From the NCBI GenBank assembly GCA_024181965.1, contig BQXS01010025.1, forward strand, positions 1 to 39,687: a stretch of DNA of 39,687 bases, in the 5' to 3' direction. A program made the translations under genes and the position numbers. Shown piece by piece: positions 10,317 through 20,785 of this stretch (position 1 is its first letter; each line of letters starts with the position of its first letter). A model generated the notes under the pieces. It saw only the letters and a program-made list of their open reading frames with translations. It had not been told where the DNA came from and made no database searches. This stretch comes from Aduncisulcus paluster. Its lineage: Eukaryota.

Positions 10317-11429
10317 ATGTCAATAGATAACCCAAATCCTACTGCAAAGATGGATGTTTTTATTACTGGTGGTGCTGGATTTGTTGGTTCTAGAATAGTC
10401 AATGCTTTGATCTCTCGTGGACACCGCGTTACCTGTTTGATAAGGCCAACAACGAATATATCCCGACTAAAATCAATATTATATAATATTGACCTCATAT
10501 ATGGAGATATTACTAATCTTCTCTGTGTCAAACATGCTCTCAATCGTTTCATGGAAAGAAGCAAGGAAAGATCCCCAACATTTTATTCTCCACAATTTAT
10601 TTCTGAGTCTATAGACCCCGAATCAATGACTTCTGAACCTCCTAAAACCTGTATTATCCATGCTGCATGTGTGAGTTCTTGGAAAGATCTCACATCTCCT
10701 AAGTTATGGAAAACTGCCGTCTCTGGCACTGAAAATGTTATAAAAGTGGCCAAATCAATTGGAGTAGATAAATTTGTTTATATATCATCTGCTGCTGCCG
10801 TTGATGGATGTGTTAAAGGTGATAGAATTGCAACCGAATCATCGTCGTTTTCCCCGAAGGATCCAAAATTATTATATTCTTTTGCCAAAATCGAAGCAGA
10901 AAAGATTGTTTTCTCTCATTCCACCCCTTCGTTTTCTGTGTCTATTGCTTGTCCGAGTGAAGTTTATGGATCCTATGATTATAATGGAATAACTTGTTGT
11001 AATTTGATTGGATTTTTGACAGATTCTCCTGCTTTGACCCTTCGGGGAGGCAGTGGATTTGTCCATGTTTGTGACGTTGCAGTCGGTGTGGTTCGTATTT
11101 GTGAGAGCGGCAAAAACTGTGAAAGATACATATTAACAGGAACTAAGAGTAACGCTTCCATTAAACGACTCGGAGAGGTATCTCTTGAGCTTGCACATAG
11201 AAGAACTCCCTTGATAAAGGTTCCTTTCTTCATCGTTAAAGCATTTACCAAATTATGTGCCTGGATGGATATTCGCCCACCAATTGAGGATGCTACACTC
11301 CCATTTGCGTACTATTATTGGTACGTTAGTGGTGATAAGGCAGCCAAACAATTAGGATTTCATGGAAGAGAATTGAAAGATACTCTCCGTGATTGTATTG
11401 CTTGGATGAGAGCCGATGGATGGTGGTAA
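10317..11429 (+). CDS. NAD-dependent epimerase/dehydratase (extended SDR; HpnA/dihydroflavonol-reductase-like)
   Basis: Rossmann motif VFITGGAGFVG, IIHAAC, YISSAAA (Ser), YSFAK (YxxxK), PSEVYG, FVHVCDVA, ERYIL, and C-terminal SGDKAAKQLGF...LRDCIAWM. The first ATG is at 10317; the listed 10275 start is GTG. Confidence 0.93.
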   Translation: MSIDNPNPTAKMDVFITGGAGFVGSRIVNALISRGHRVTCLIRPTTNISRLKSILYNIDLIYGDITNLLCVKHALNRFMERSKERSPTFYSPQFISESIDPESMTSEPPKTCIIHAACVSSWKDLTSPKLWKTAVSGTENVIKVAKSIGVDKFVYISSAAAVDGCVKGDRIATESSSFSPKDPKLLYSFAKIEAEKIVFSHSTPSFSVSIACPSEVYGSYDYNGITCCNLIGFLTDSPALTLRGGSGFVHVCDVAVGVVRICESGKNCERYILTGTKSNASIKRLGEVSLELAHRRTPLIKVPFFIVKAFTKLCAWMDIRPPIEDATLPFAYYYWYVSGDKAAKQLGFHGRELKDTLRDCIAWMRADGWW

Positions 11430-11770
11430 TTAACTTATATTTCATNNNNNNNNNNNNNNNNNNNNAACTAAGAGTAACGCTTCCATTAAACGACTCGGAG
11501 AGGTATCTCTTGAGCTTGCACATAGAAGAACTCCCTTGATAAAGGTTCCTTTCTTCATCGTTAAAGCATTTACCAAATTATGTGCCTGGATGGATATTCG
11601 CCCACCAATTGAGGATGCTACACTCCCATTTGCGTACTATTATTGGTACGTTAGTGGTGATAAGGCAGCCAAACAATTAGGATTTCATGGAAGAGAATTG
11701 AAAGATACTCTCCGTGATTGTATTGCTTGGATGAGAGCCGATGGATGGTGGTAATTAACTTATATTTCAT
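11141..11770. repeat. 305-bp duplication (11141-11445 = 11466-11770) around a 20-N gap; assembly overlap artefact
   Basis: Repeats the 3' end of the SDR gene plus 16 nt beyond the stop. The N run is 11446-11465. Confidence 0.92.
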
Positions 11771-12030
11771 TTATTTCTATAATGTGTATCCTTCTCTCTT
11801 TATTTAGTTCAATGGAGTTCTCGCTATCGTTTTTTTTTTTGACTCTCGCTTTGGTCCTTATTTTTTTTCTCAAAATAGTAAATTTATCTTTTTTATATTT
11901 CCAAATAATTCCAATATCTTCCTATTATATGTGATTAATCTTAGTTGATGTTTCAAACTAAAAATGCGAAATCAAATATTTCTTGGCAAATAATTCTATT
12001 TATCTGGAATTATTAGTCAAAAATCCTTCA

Positions 12031-15000
12031 ATGATCAACTATAAATCTATTTTATTTGTATTTGTTACAATAATCATATATTTGTCAGCAGTTGCTTGTT
12101 TCAGTGTTTCTGACGCTATTTCTGCTTTTTCTGATGTTACTAGTTTTTTGACAGATATTGCCGATACAGCGGCACCAATTGAAACTTACGAAAACTTACT
12201 TACTTCTTTGAATGCGTCTTCCTTCTCAATTTATTCTAAAGAATATGAATCAAATAGTTTATTTGCTGATTATTTTATTGACCAATTTTATGAAGGTACT
12301 TCTGATGCTATGACCCTCCTTAGGTTAATGCATTCGGACTTATGTAACATTCTAGATGCCATGCAAAATAATTCCGATATTTCTCTTCCCGATGGATTAT
12401 ATGATGAAATGAACCATAATTTCCTTAAGCCTGTTCCAGATGAGTATTTGTCAGATACTACAGATAATCCGAAGTATTCAACTGATAACGATAAAGTCCA
12501 AATATCTTGGGACCAGTTCTCTGAGATATCAACAGGTACCACATTTACATCTGATATTTTGCGCGATGCTGTTACTAAATACTCGCAACCTTCATCATAT
12601 TATCCTGAAGAAGAACGATATGGGTTAGAATGGTCTAGTTTTTTCGATTATTTCCACAGTCCTGGCGATCTTGAAACATCATCTTTGAGTTGGCTTCGAG
12701 TTGTTTCTGCGGGTGGTGTGACATTTGTTACTCCTGGATTGTACTATGGAGATCCATCCCTTGAGACTATTCCACTTAAAGAGCGTATCCCTCACGACGG
12801 AAGACATTCGCATCCCTTCAATAACACGACAAACATGCACCTTCGACGAGGTTCTGTCATCCTTCTTGATCTATCCATGGATGCCCCGACGAAAGCCATC
12901 ATGAACTCTCCCATGGGTCCATATATCCTCACTTCCTTCATATCTGAAGCCATTGGAGTCTTGCATTCGTTGTCATACTACGCTTACATTTCTATTGTCA
13001 GTACAGATGGTGCTTGGGCAGGATTCCCCTATTATTCTGGAAGTGATGCATCAGACACATGTGATTCANNNNNNNNNNNNNNNNNNNNTTCGCATCCCTT
13101 CAATAACACGACAAACATGCACCTTCGACGAGGTTCTGTCATCCTTCTTGATCTATCCATGGATGCCCCGACGAAAGCCATCATGAACTCTCCCATGGGT
13201 CCATATATCCTCACTTCCTTCATATCTGAAGCCATTGGAGTCTTGCATTCGTTGTCATACTACGATTACATTTCTATTGTCAGTACAGATGGTGCTTGGG
13301 CAGGATTCCCCTATTATTCTGGAAGTGATGCATCAGACACATGTGATTCATCTTCCTCTTCTTCCTCTTCTTCCTCTTCCTCTTCTGCTCTTGATGATTC
13401 CACAATTGGGGGTCTTACACAAGCAACAGAATTGATAAAAGATTCCATTACAAACGAACTAATCTCATATATCTTTGACATTGATATCGATGAGTTAGTT
13501 TCAAGTCAGTCAATCGATCCTCGTGCCTCTGCTGGTCATGCTCAATCACAGCCATTGTTTGAAGCCACTAGTCTTGCAGTGCGTCTCCTCAGATCTGCCA
13601 TCAATCCCAAAATAACCTTCCAGACCATCCTTGAGGAGAAGACTACTATCTTTGGATTGTCCAGCACTGAGAATGATCTGACCTCCCTGCGTCCACTCCC
13701 TATTGGCTCTCCGCTTGCCATTCATCTCATTACCCTTGGTTCCTCTATCCCGAAGTTCTACTCGACATTCGTCAAGTCTCTCCGGTATGAAGTGAAGGAC
13801 GCCAACTTCTACATGCATGTGGCATCCCTTGGGATCGGATCAAGAGTCATCAATGGAGACCTCTGTGCTATGCTTCCTCTCGTGAGTGATTTCTCTTCCT
13901 CTAACCTTTCAAACTCAACGAATACATTCTCCACTCTGTTCAAGAATGATGATTCCTCCACCTCCTCTACCAGTGTGTCTAACACTGTTTGTAGCTACTC
14001 CAGTGGCAATGGTGTGTATGACGAGTATTATAACATTAAAGATGTCATCATGAATGAACTCTCATGCGATTATATCATAGCAACATCAAGGGAGAGGAAT
14101 ATATCTGAGATAATCGAGTCCGCTATCTACACACTTAAGCAATGGCAGGATTATCCAACAAGATATGTTCGTTATAATACATTTGATACGTTGGAATATG
14201 ATGTCTCCGATGTCCATATCTCTCTTGACACCAAGGAAGTGTTTAAATCTCTTGCGCTATATGCTACTAAAGAATATGTTCTGAGTGATATAATAGATTC
14301 TACGCTGAACTATGATGTTTCTGTCTTTGTCAACCTTATCAAGAAGTTCTCTGTATGTGAAGGTGATGAATTGGATGAAGAGACCGGTGAGTGTACCTAT
14401 GGGGCCTTTTTGAGTCGTATCCCTGTGACATTAACACCCAAGAATGATTTTATTCTCGGTATCAACACAGAAGTGTGCAGCCTCCCCTTGATTACTTCAG
14501 ATGGCACCTTCCACGGAATGCTAGCAATGGATATCAATGTGTCAATGTTTGAGGATGGAATGTACAGCTCTTCTCCTTTGTATGCCATGCCCGATACTGT
14601 GACTCTCAACTTTAACAGGGACCTCTCATACTCAATGATGGTTGCAAATGATGGTGTTGTGTATTCACACCCCTCCTCCCTCGTTGTTGTTATGGCTATG
14701 GCTGTGTCTGACTTGCAAGAAGTTGATATTCCCCTTCTTCCTTCAATATGTGATGCTTCTTATCCCAGTGAATACACTGAGTCGTATGAGAATTTGAATA
14801 ATCCATTTGACACTCTTGTTCCTTGTTATGAACCTGCACTGTTCATCAACTTTGCACATTTGTCATCGTCTAACCAATCTTCGCTCGGAATTATTGAGAT
14901 TGTAGACGACCTTGAAGACGAGTGGCCAATACATATAACTCAATCGATCTTGCCCAGCTCAGCTTTCACTGTCCCGTCAGACCAACTTTCAAGCAGTGAG

Positions 15001-16185
15001 GCAGCCATTGAAGATGAAAGCGATATCACAGTGAGTGTTGTGTCCGAGATATCTGACTTCTATGCTGGATTGTCCACAGATGTTGCTTATGGAAGTGAAT
15101 CAGATGTGTCTGATGCTCTCCTTACCTTTATGTGGGTTCCTTTCTTTGATTATGTTCTAAGGATTGAAAAAGTTATCAAATTCTTTGTTTTTGATGCCTC
15201 ATATTCTACTTTGAATGGGACCAGTGTTTCCTTTCCTGAGTCACCCCAAGTGTATGGCAGTGTTGATATTACGACTTCTTTCTGGATGAACTCGGCCATT
15301 CACACAAGTTTCGATCATTCCTTTTCATTCTTTTCCCCGTACCTTGTCGAGGACACTGGAGAGATTGTATTCCCCCTGGTGCAACCTGTTCACGTTGAAG
15401 ATGTCACCATTGGTGCGTCAAACACCACGGTTCTGTCTTCTGCGTTTTCACAAATCATTGCAGAGACTTCCTGTGATGGCGATGATATTGATTGCTCTTT
15501 CTTTAATATTCGATCAAACATCATTTACGACACTCACTCTGACATCTCTGATTATATTTCCAATGGTGTCAACTTGGACGACGATCTTTTCCTTGGTGAG
15601 ATCCACCCAGTTCTGTTCCATTTCCTCCTTGAAAATGGAGCCTATGTCAGCCTCAATGGAATATTTGATGGAGATATTCACTCTTTCTACTATTTTGACC
15701 CCTCTAGTTTCTCTGAGGAACTGACCATCTCTGTTAGCGGAGAGTCTGTGACATACAATTACCTCAGTGGCACGGCTACCCTCTCTTGCCTTCCAGATAA
15801 CTACTCTGACGTGTCAATTGTGTGTGCTATGACCGATGCTCATGACTGTATTGCCTGCATGATTGAGAATCTCCCCAGTGAAAGTGAATGGGAGTGTGAG
15901 ACAGTTTCGCGACTCACAGATGTCTCGGATTCCCTCGAGGAGTCTCTCATGGAAGAGGCGTGTTCAGCCTCCGTTGGATCCGATTCTATTTCTCATTTAT
16001 TCGATCAAGATGGATCTATTTTTGGCGAGGTTGATGTTCTTCATTCTCTTCTTGAATCCTTTGAGGAACGTTCTTGTTTATGGCATGACATTTCCACGAA
16101 GAGGGAGAGAAGAATGGTTCGTTGGTCCATTGCTGGAGCTTTGGGAGTTTCTATCATAATGTTATTGAATTATATTTTCCTGTAA
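12031..16185 (+). CDS. Secretory-pathway membrane protein, alpha2delta calcium-channel subunit/CACHD1-like (VWA inserted in Cache domains); about 1290 aa after collapsing the duplication
   Basis: N-terminal hydrophobic signal (ILFVFVTIIIYLSAVAC) and a C-terminal hydrophobic tail. Ordered motifs are WLRVVSAGGVTFVTPG...HDGRHSHPF, then VWA start GSVILLDLSMD, DYISIVS, AIHLITLG, MHVASLG, then Cache-type GTFHGMLAMDINV and YSMMVANDGVVYSHP. Confidence 0.72.
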   Translation: MINYKSILFVFVTIIIYLSAVACFSVSDAISAFSDVTSFLTDIADTAAPIETYENLLTSLNASSFSIYSKEYESNSLFADYFIDQFYEGTSDAMTLLRLMHSDLCNILDAMQNNSDISLPDGLYDEMNHNFLKPVPDEYLSDTTDNPKYSTDNDKVQISWDQFSEISTGTTFTSDILRDAVTKYSQPSSYYPEEERYGLEWSSFFDYFHSPGDLETSSLSWLRVVSAGGVTFVTPGLYYGDPSLETIPLKERIPHDGRHSHPFNNTTNMHLRRGSVILLDLSMDAPTKAIMNSPMGPYILTSFISEAIGVLHSLSYYAYISIVSTDGAWAGFPYYSGSDASDTCDSXXXXXXXSHPFNNTTNMHLRRGSVILLDLSMDAPTKAIMNSPMGPYILTSFISEAIGVLHSLSYYDYISIVSTDGAWAGFPYYSGSDASDTCDSSSSSSSSSSSSSALDDSTIGGLTQATELIKDSITNELISYIFDIDIDELVSSQSIDPRASAGHAQSQPLFEATSLAVRLLRSAINPKITFQTILEEKTTIFGLSSTENDLTSLRPLPIGSPLAIHLITLGSSIPKFYSTFVKSLRYEVKDANFYMHVASLGIGSRVINGDLCAMLPLVSDFSSSNLSNSTNTFSTLFKNDDSSTSSTSVSNTVCSYSSGNGVYDEYYNIKDVIMNELSCDYIIATSRERNISEIIESAIYTLKQWQDYPTRYVRYNTFDTLEYDVSDVHISLDTKEVFKSLALYATKEYVLSDIIDSTLNYDVSVFVNLIKKFSVCEGDELDEETGECTYGAFLSRIPVTLTPKNDFILGINTEVCSLPLITSDGTFHGMLAMDINVSMFEDGMYSSSPLYAMPDTVTLNFNRDLSYSMMVANDGVVYSHPSSLVVVMAMAVSDLQEVDIPLLPSICDASYPSEYTESYENLNNPFDTLVPCYEPALFINFAHLSSSNQSSLGIIEIVDDLEDEWPIHITQSILPSSAFTVPSDQLSSSEAAIEDESDITVSVVSEISDFYAGLSTDVAYGSESDVSDALLTFMWVPFFDYVLRIEKVIKFFVFDASYSTLNGTSVSFPESPQVYGSVDITTSFWMNSAIHTSFDHSFSFFSPYLVEDTGEIVFPLVQPVHVEDVTIGASNTTVLSSAFSQIIAETSCDGDDIDCSFFNIRSNIIYDTHSDISDYISNGVNLDDDLFLGEIHPVLFHFLLENGAYVSLNGIFDGDIHSFYYFDPSSFSEELTISVSGESVTYNYLSGTATLSCLPDNYSDVSIVCAMTDAHDCIACMIENLPSESEWECETVSRLTDVSDSLEESLMEEACSASVGSDSISHLFDQDGSIFGEVDVLHSLLESFEERSCLWHDISTKRERRMVRWSIAGALGVSIIMLLNYIFL
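12807..13350. repeat. 262-bp duplication (12807-13068 = 13089-13350) around a 20-N gap; assembly overlap artefact
   Basis: Copies differ at C12983/A13265 (Ala vs Asp). The offset of 282 nt happens to keep the frame. The N run is 13069-13088. Confidence 0.92.
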
Positions 16186-17257
16186 ATTAATTAATTAATT
16201 TTAATTTAATTGATTTATATCACCTAATATAACAAATAGATTATTATTATTATCCTGCCCCATTTATTTCTATTTTTATCTTCTTTCTCATCAGGTTTGA
16301 ACTGATTTTATTATCATCACCGTATTTTATCGAGAAATCTATTCTTCATAATAATTCTTTCTTATTAAAAATATGTTTTATTTTTTATTTCTTCAATTTT
16401 TTTTTTAATCAAACCGGACAATGATATGGTTTTTGCAACATTTGGTTCATCGTATTTTTTAATATTTTTGGTATATTTCCGGTTTTAAGATCGATTATTA
16501 ATAATATTTTGCCTTTTCAAAGTGCAATTTATATCAATATCGTTGATTTATTTCCCTCTTATTATTTTTTAGGTATATCTTACCTTCTGCTTGCTTCATG
16601 CATTGATAAGAGTGGTAATATTTATTTGTTTTGTTGGTACAAACAACGAATTTTTGTTCATTATTATTTATTTTATTATTATCTTGTCCACAATTCAAAC
16701 CTTTATCAAACTCGCAACTTTTATTATGTTGTTATATATTTGAATCTTGAACCCAATTCAATTTTCAATTTTTAAAATCTCTTTATCTCTTCATGGATTT
16801 TTATTTTTTATTTTTGTTTGTAATTGTGTTGTAATGGCCCACATCGTTTCACGAAAAAATGCGTATAATTTTTTCTATATTTTTTTACAGTGTTGTTAAC
16901 ATATATATATATATCTCCCAACACAAGCAATACTAATTCTTAGAAATAGCATGGATGTCTTATGTATAATATTTTAAATTTAATTTACCACTCATTTTTT
17001 AATTATGGTCACATTGATATTCTTTCATTTCATAAAATTTGATTTGTGATCTCTCATTATTCTCATTATTCTTTTTAATTTTAACCTAAGCTATTTTCTT
17101 TCATTTAATTTTACAGTACAATATTCTATAAGAAATGTACTAATCTCTGAATATCGTGTTACTTTGCTCTCTAATTTAGATCTTGTTATCTTCAATCCTT
17201 CAGAAACCCAACAAAAACAAAACAAAACTAAACAAAAAAACAAAAGTGGGTTTTCAT

Positions 17258-19828
17258 TTATTCTATTTCAAAATTTACATCCCATCCTTCTTTTTTACAG
17301 TATTTTTGAATTACTTTTTTCCCTCGAACATCTTTCCAAGCCATAACAATGTTGCACCGAGGGCTGACATCTTCTGGAATAATTGGTAATATCACAGCCC
17401 CCGCGTCAGGATATCCATTCTTTTTGCACTGAGTAATAATATCCAAGCACCGATCAGCCAAAACGAACATCTCACATGGTCTCGCAAATACACCTGTGGC
17501 CAGTGAGTGTAGTTTTGCAAGAGGAGTAAGAAGGGCGAAATGGACAATAGAATTGGATAATTCAAACAATATTGGAGATAATAAATCAACAGATCTTGAG
17601 CAAGAAAGAGACGACTCAGAATTGGGGATTAGATTGAATTGCTTGACAAAGGAAGAGAATTCTGGGGTAATGACAATTTTCCCATCTTTTTCAAGCATTG
17701 ATACCTTTTGAAGCCTCTTTTTTCTCTCAGCTTTCTCCTTTTTTGTCATATCATGAAATTTCTTTTCTTCAATTTGCACTGAATGCTGATCATAATCATT
17801 GTATTGAATGACAATATCACTGATAATCCGATGAAGATGAGATTTATATTCCTCAAATCCCAATTTCCATTCATTTTTACCATTAGTAGATCCTTCAGGA
17901 ATTGGATATACAGGAAAAGGAAGACACAGACTCGAAATAAACTTTCGATCTTTTAAAATCTCACAAATATTTAGAATTTTGGAATTAATTCCAGTGCATA
18001 TTCTTATAAACATTGTCAAAATAGGAGTAAAATGAGATCTATCTGTTTCTTCTTCTCCCTCTTCTTCCTTTTCTTTCTTTTCCAATTCATATTGGAATAA
18101 ATCTGACAAAATAACAACAAACTTCATAGCAATATTGACACAAGCTGTGAGGAAAGAAATAATTGTATCCTTTGAAACAGAAGAGTGGAGGTCAACTGAA
18201 AGAATATTCAACAAGTCAGATTGTTCAGAGAGTTTATGGAAAGACCTGTTGATATTCACTCTCTTGAAACGTTCCACAAGCTCAAATACACGATCAATTT
18301 GTTCAAATGTGCTGTCACTACCATCAGAATGCAGTTTCCACTCGTTTTTCATCAATTTTGACCCAGAACGAACGCAAGAATGAAGTGAATGTAATACTAA
18401 TTGATCGAGACTTGGGAAATGAATCATAGAATTAGCTATTCCCAACACCCGTCGATATTTTCCAGCCTCTTCACTGATCGCAGAGCTTTCTTTCAAGGAT
18501 CTTGGAAGGAAAGAATGAAGGGATGATGATGACACGAGATCTCTTTCCGGCCTTGATGAACTGAAAGACAGAACATGGGGAAATGAATTTCTTATAGTTT
18601 TATGAAAACAGCATGGAGCGTAACATAAAACCGAACAGTGGGCATTTGAAGCAAATCCTGAACCCATATCAACTCCCAAATCACCACATGGATGTAAACC
18701 AATGAGAATACACTGTAAATCCTCAAGATCGGATAATATACTACGCTCTATTGGAGCATCTAGTTCACCTGAATACCTATCAACTGTTTTAAACCAAGCA
18801 GAAGAAATGGAAGAATCCATATCCTCAGCGCCAGCAACCCATTTCACCACACAAGAAAGCTTCTCTTTTTCAATCACATCCTCCATGCCCATTTTAACTG
18901 CTCGAGCACGTAGGGCTTTGATATTTGACTCACTACATTCAACACACACAACATCGAGACCATTGGAAGCAAGGGTAAGTGATAGATATCCTTTTCCAGC
19001 ACATGAGGAAATGGCACTTGGGAGTTGGAATCAGAGAAGCCATCAAACCGACTAAATCGTTATTCATATATCCTGGATACCTTAATGTAGTTGTTGTGGC
19101 AGCCATAACGGTTGATACAAGCTGATNNNNNNNNNNNNNNNNNNNNACCAAGCAGAAGAAATGGAAGAATCCATATCCTCAGCGCCAGCAACCCATTTCA
19201 CCACACAAGAAAGCTTCTCTTTTTCAATCACATCCTCCATGCCCATTTTAACTGCTCGAGCACGTAGGGCTTTGATATTTGACTCACTACATTCAACACA
19301 CACAACATCGAGACCATTGGAAGCAAGGGTAAGTGATAGATATCCTTTTCCAGCACCAACATCTACAAACAAACATCGAGGGAAATATTTAGAAATTGAA
19401 ATGAGGAGTGGAGCAAAATATTTGACTTGAGATTCCTTTTTAATCGACATATGCATTGAAATACTTGGCACACTTTCATCCTTTGACTCTTCGCTTTTTT
19501 CTTTCTCAATGCAAGCAAAAGTTCTTCTCTTGCCAATAAAACAATATTTTCTTGAGGGTAGAGCGCAAAAAGAACAAGGATCAACCCAAGAATCTATCCA
19601 CATTGGCTTTTCGTATTTTTTACCATTTAGAACATTATATAATAACTGATATGATATATCACTTGAAAACTCTGGGATATTCTTTAGATATTCGTCAGAA
19701 AATAAGTCTGTTACGAAGATAGTAAAAATGTTCGAATACTCGTGATACAGTTCCAAAAATTGTGTTATTTTTGCAACAAGTGAATGTTTCCCTATAATTT
19801 TTATCTTGGAAACATCAGAAATATCCAT
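17258..19828 (-). CDS. Class I SAM-dependent methyltransferase, METTL25/RRNAD1 (Methyltransf_32) family; about 738 aa after removing 19003-19356
   Basis: Motif [13 protein letters not shown], acidic motif II VVCVEC, and family motifs [17 protein letters not shown] and C-terminal [15 protein letters not shown] at 19828 (MDISDVSK). The collapsed length is 2217 nt = 739 codons. Confidence 0.82.
18793..19356. repeat. 210-bp duplication (18793-19002 = 19147-19356) enclosing a foreign fragment and a 20-N gap
   Basis: The copies are identical by eye. The N run is 19127-19146. Confidence 0.92.
19003..19126 (-). other. TUBG: 124-bp fragment of a gamma-tubulin coding sequence, probably a chimeric contig end
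   Basis: Translates to [55 protein letters not shown] is the gamma-tubulin signature (beta-tubulin has LRFPGQLNADL). Confidence 0.93.
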
Positions 19829-20305
19829 ATGACTTGGGATATACCTTAAACCGAAGAAAAGAAACAAAAATGAATAGGGAAAACCAAAATAAAAGGAAAT
19901 ATATTTACTGAATAAGCGAAAGATCCCGCTCAAATTGGACTAGCACGGTAGAGAAAAAATTGACAATTAATCCTGGTGATTCATTGTTGACAGAGATTTT
20001 CCAAGCTTGACCTAACGTTTGAGAAAAATAAATAAATAAATCGACTAAGAGGCAATGAAACTACAATAGATAATAATTCCCAACCCCTTGAGTATACATA
20101 ATTATAAGAAAGGAGGTTAAATAAGAAAAGTCACCCAATACAATATATATTGGACTTGAGAAATATTAAAACATAATAATACCACAAAAGGAAGCATAAT
20201 AATTAAATACAGCAGGATAAAAAAACAAGAAAAAAGGGATAAATCACAGGAGATGGATCAACATGGTTGTATGTTTTTAATCATGAAAAATGAATAGATA
20301 TATTA

Positions 20306-20500
20306 TCATAAATGTAGCGATATGCCAGCAATCATCGTGCCATCACCTTTAGTGAGCCAATCAATATCCCTAGTTCCGTATTGGAGGAGTAGGTCTTCCT
20401 TATTTCTATCATTGTGGCATCCACAATATACAATGGCTCCAATAACTATTGAAATTAAGAAAACAGAGCACAATAGATACCAAAGTGCAATGGCTTCCAT
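20306..20500 (-). CDS. Small single-pass membrane protein (64 aa), hypothetical
   Basis: ATG in TCAAAA-ATG context, a hydrophobic stretch IALWYLLCSVFLISIVIGAIVY followed by CGC, and higher GC than the flanks. No family recognised. Confidence 0.5.
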   Translation of the reverse strand: MEAIALWYLLCSVFLISIVIGAIVYCGCHNDRNKEDLLLQYGTRDIDWLTKGDGTMIAGISLHL

Positions 20501-20785
20501 TTTTGAAGAAGATCTGTTGGCAAGACCGTCAGTTTGATACTCAACAGAGTTCACCTATCTCGCCCATCATGCGTGAGAGTTGGGAGAAGAAGCCTATCTT
20601 CCAAAAAATATTTAAAATATTTATCTCATTGATATTTTATACCAAATTTCTCCATTTAAATCAAAATTAGCACATAATTTGCCATTTTTTTTTTTCTCAA
20701 TTGTAACGTCTTTGATTGGTTTGAAGATTCTTTCTTATCGGGTAATATCATATATTGAAGTTCTTTTATATTTATTCTTATCAAA

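Noticed and set aside
11536..11754. Second short SDR-like ORF suggesting a tandem paralog
   Set aside because: It lies wholly within the 305-bp gap-flanking duplicate and is identical to the gene's 3' end.
12807..13350. Apparent internal domain duplication in the 1400-aa protein
   Set aside because: It is a gap-flank duplicate that stays in frame only because 262+20 is divisible by 3.
16186..17257. 1.07-kb very AT-rich spacer with short ORFs (16509-16775, 17164-17346)
   Set aside because: The ORFs have non-ATG starts and the F/I/Y/N-rich composition typical of translated AT-rich non-coding DNA. No RNA gene motif was recognised.
20514..20554. GTGAAC...ACTGAC...CAACAG on the minus strand, resembling a 41-nt intron with a branch point
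   Set aside because: Splicing from the upstream ATGs leads to an early stop and not into the membrane-peptide frame. It is unsupported as a coding intron.
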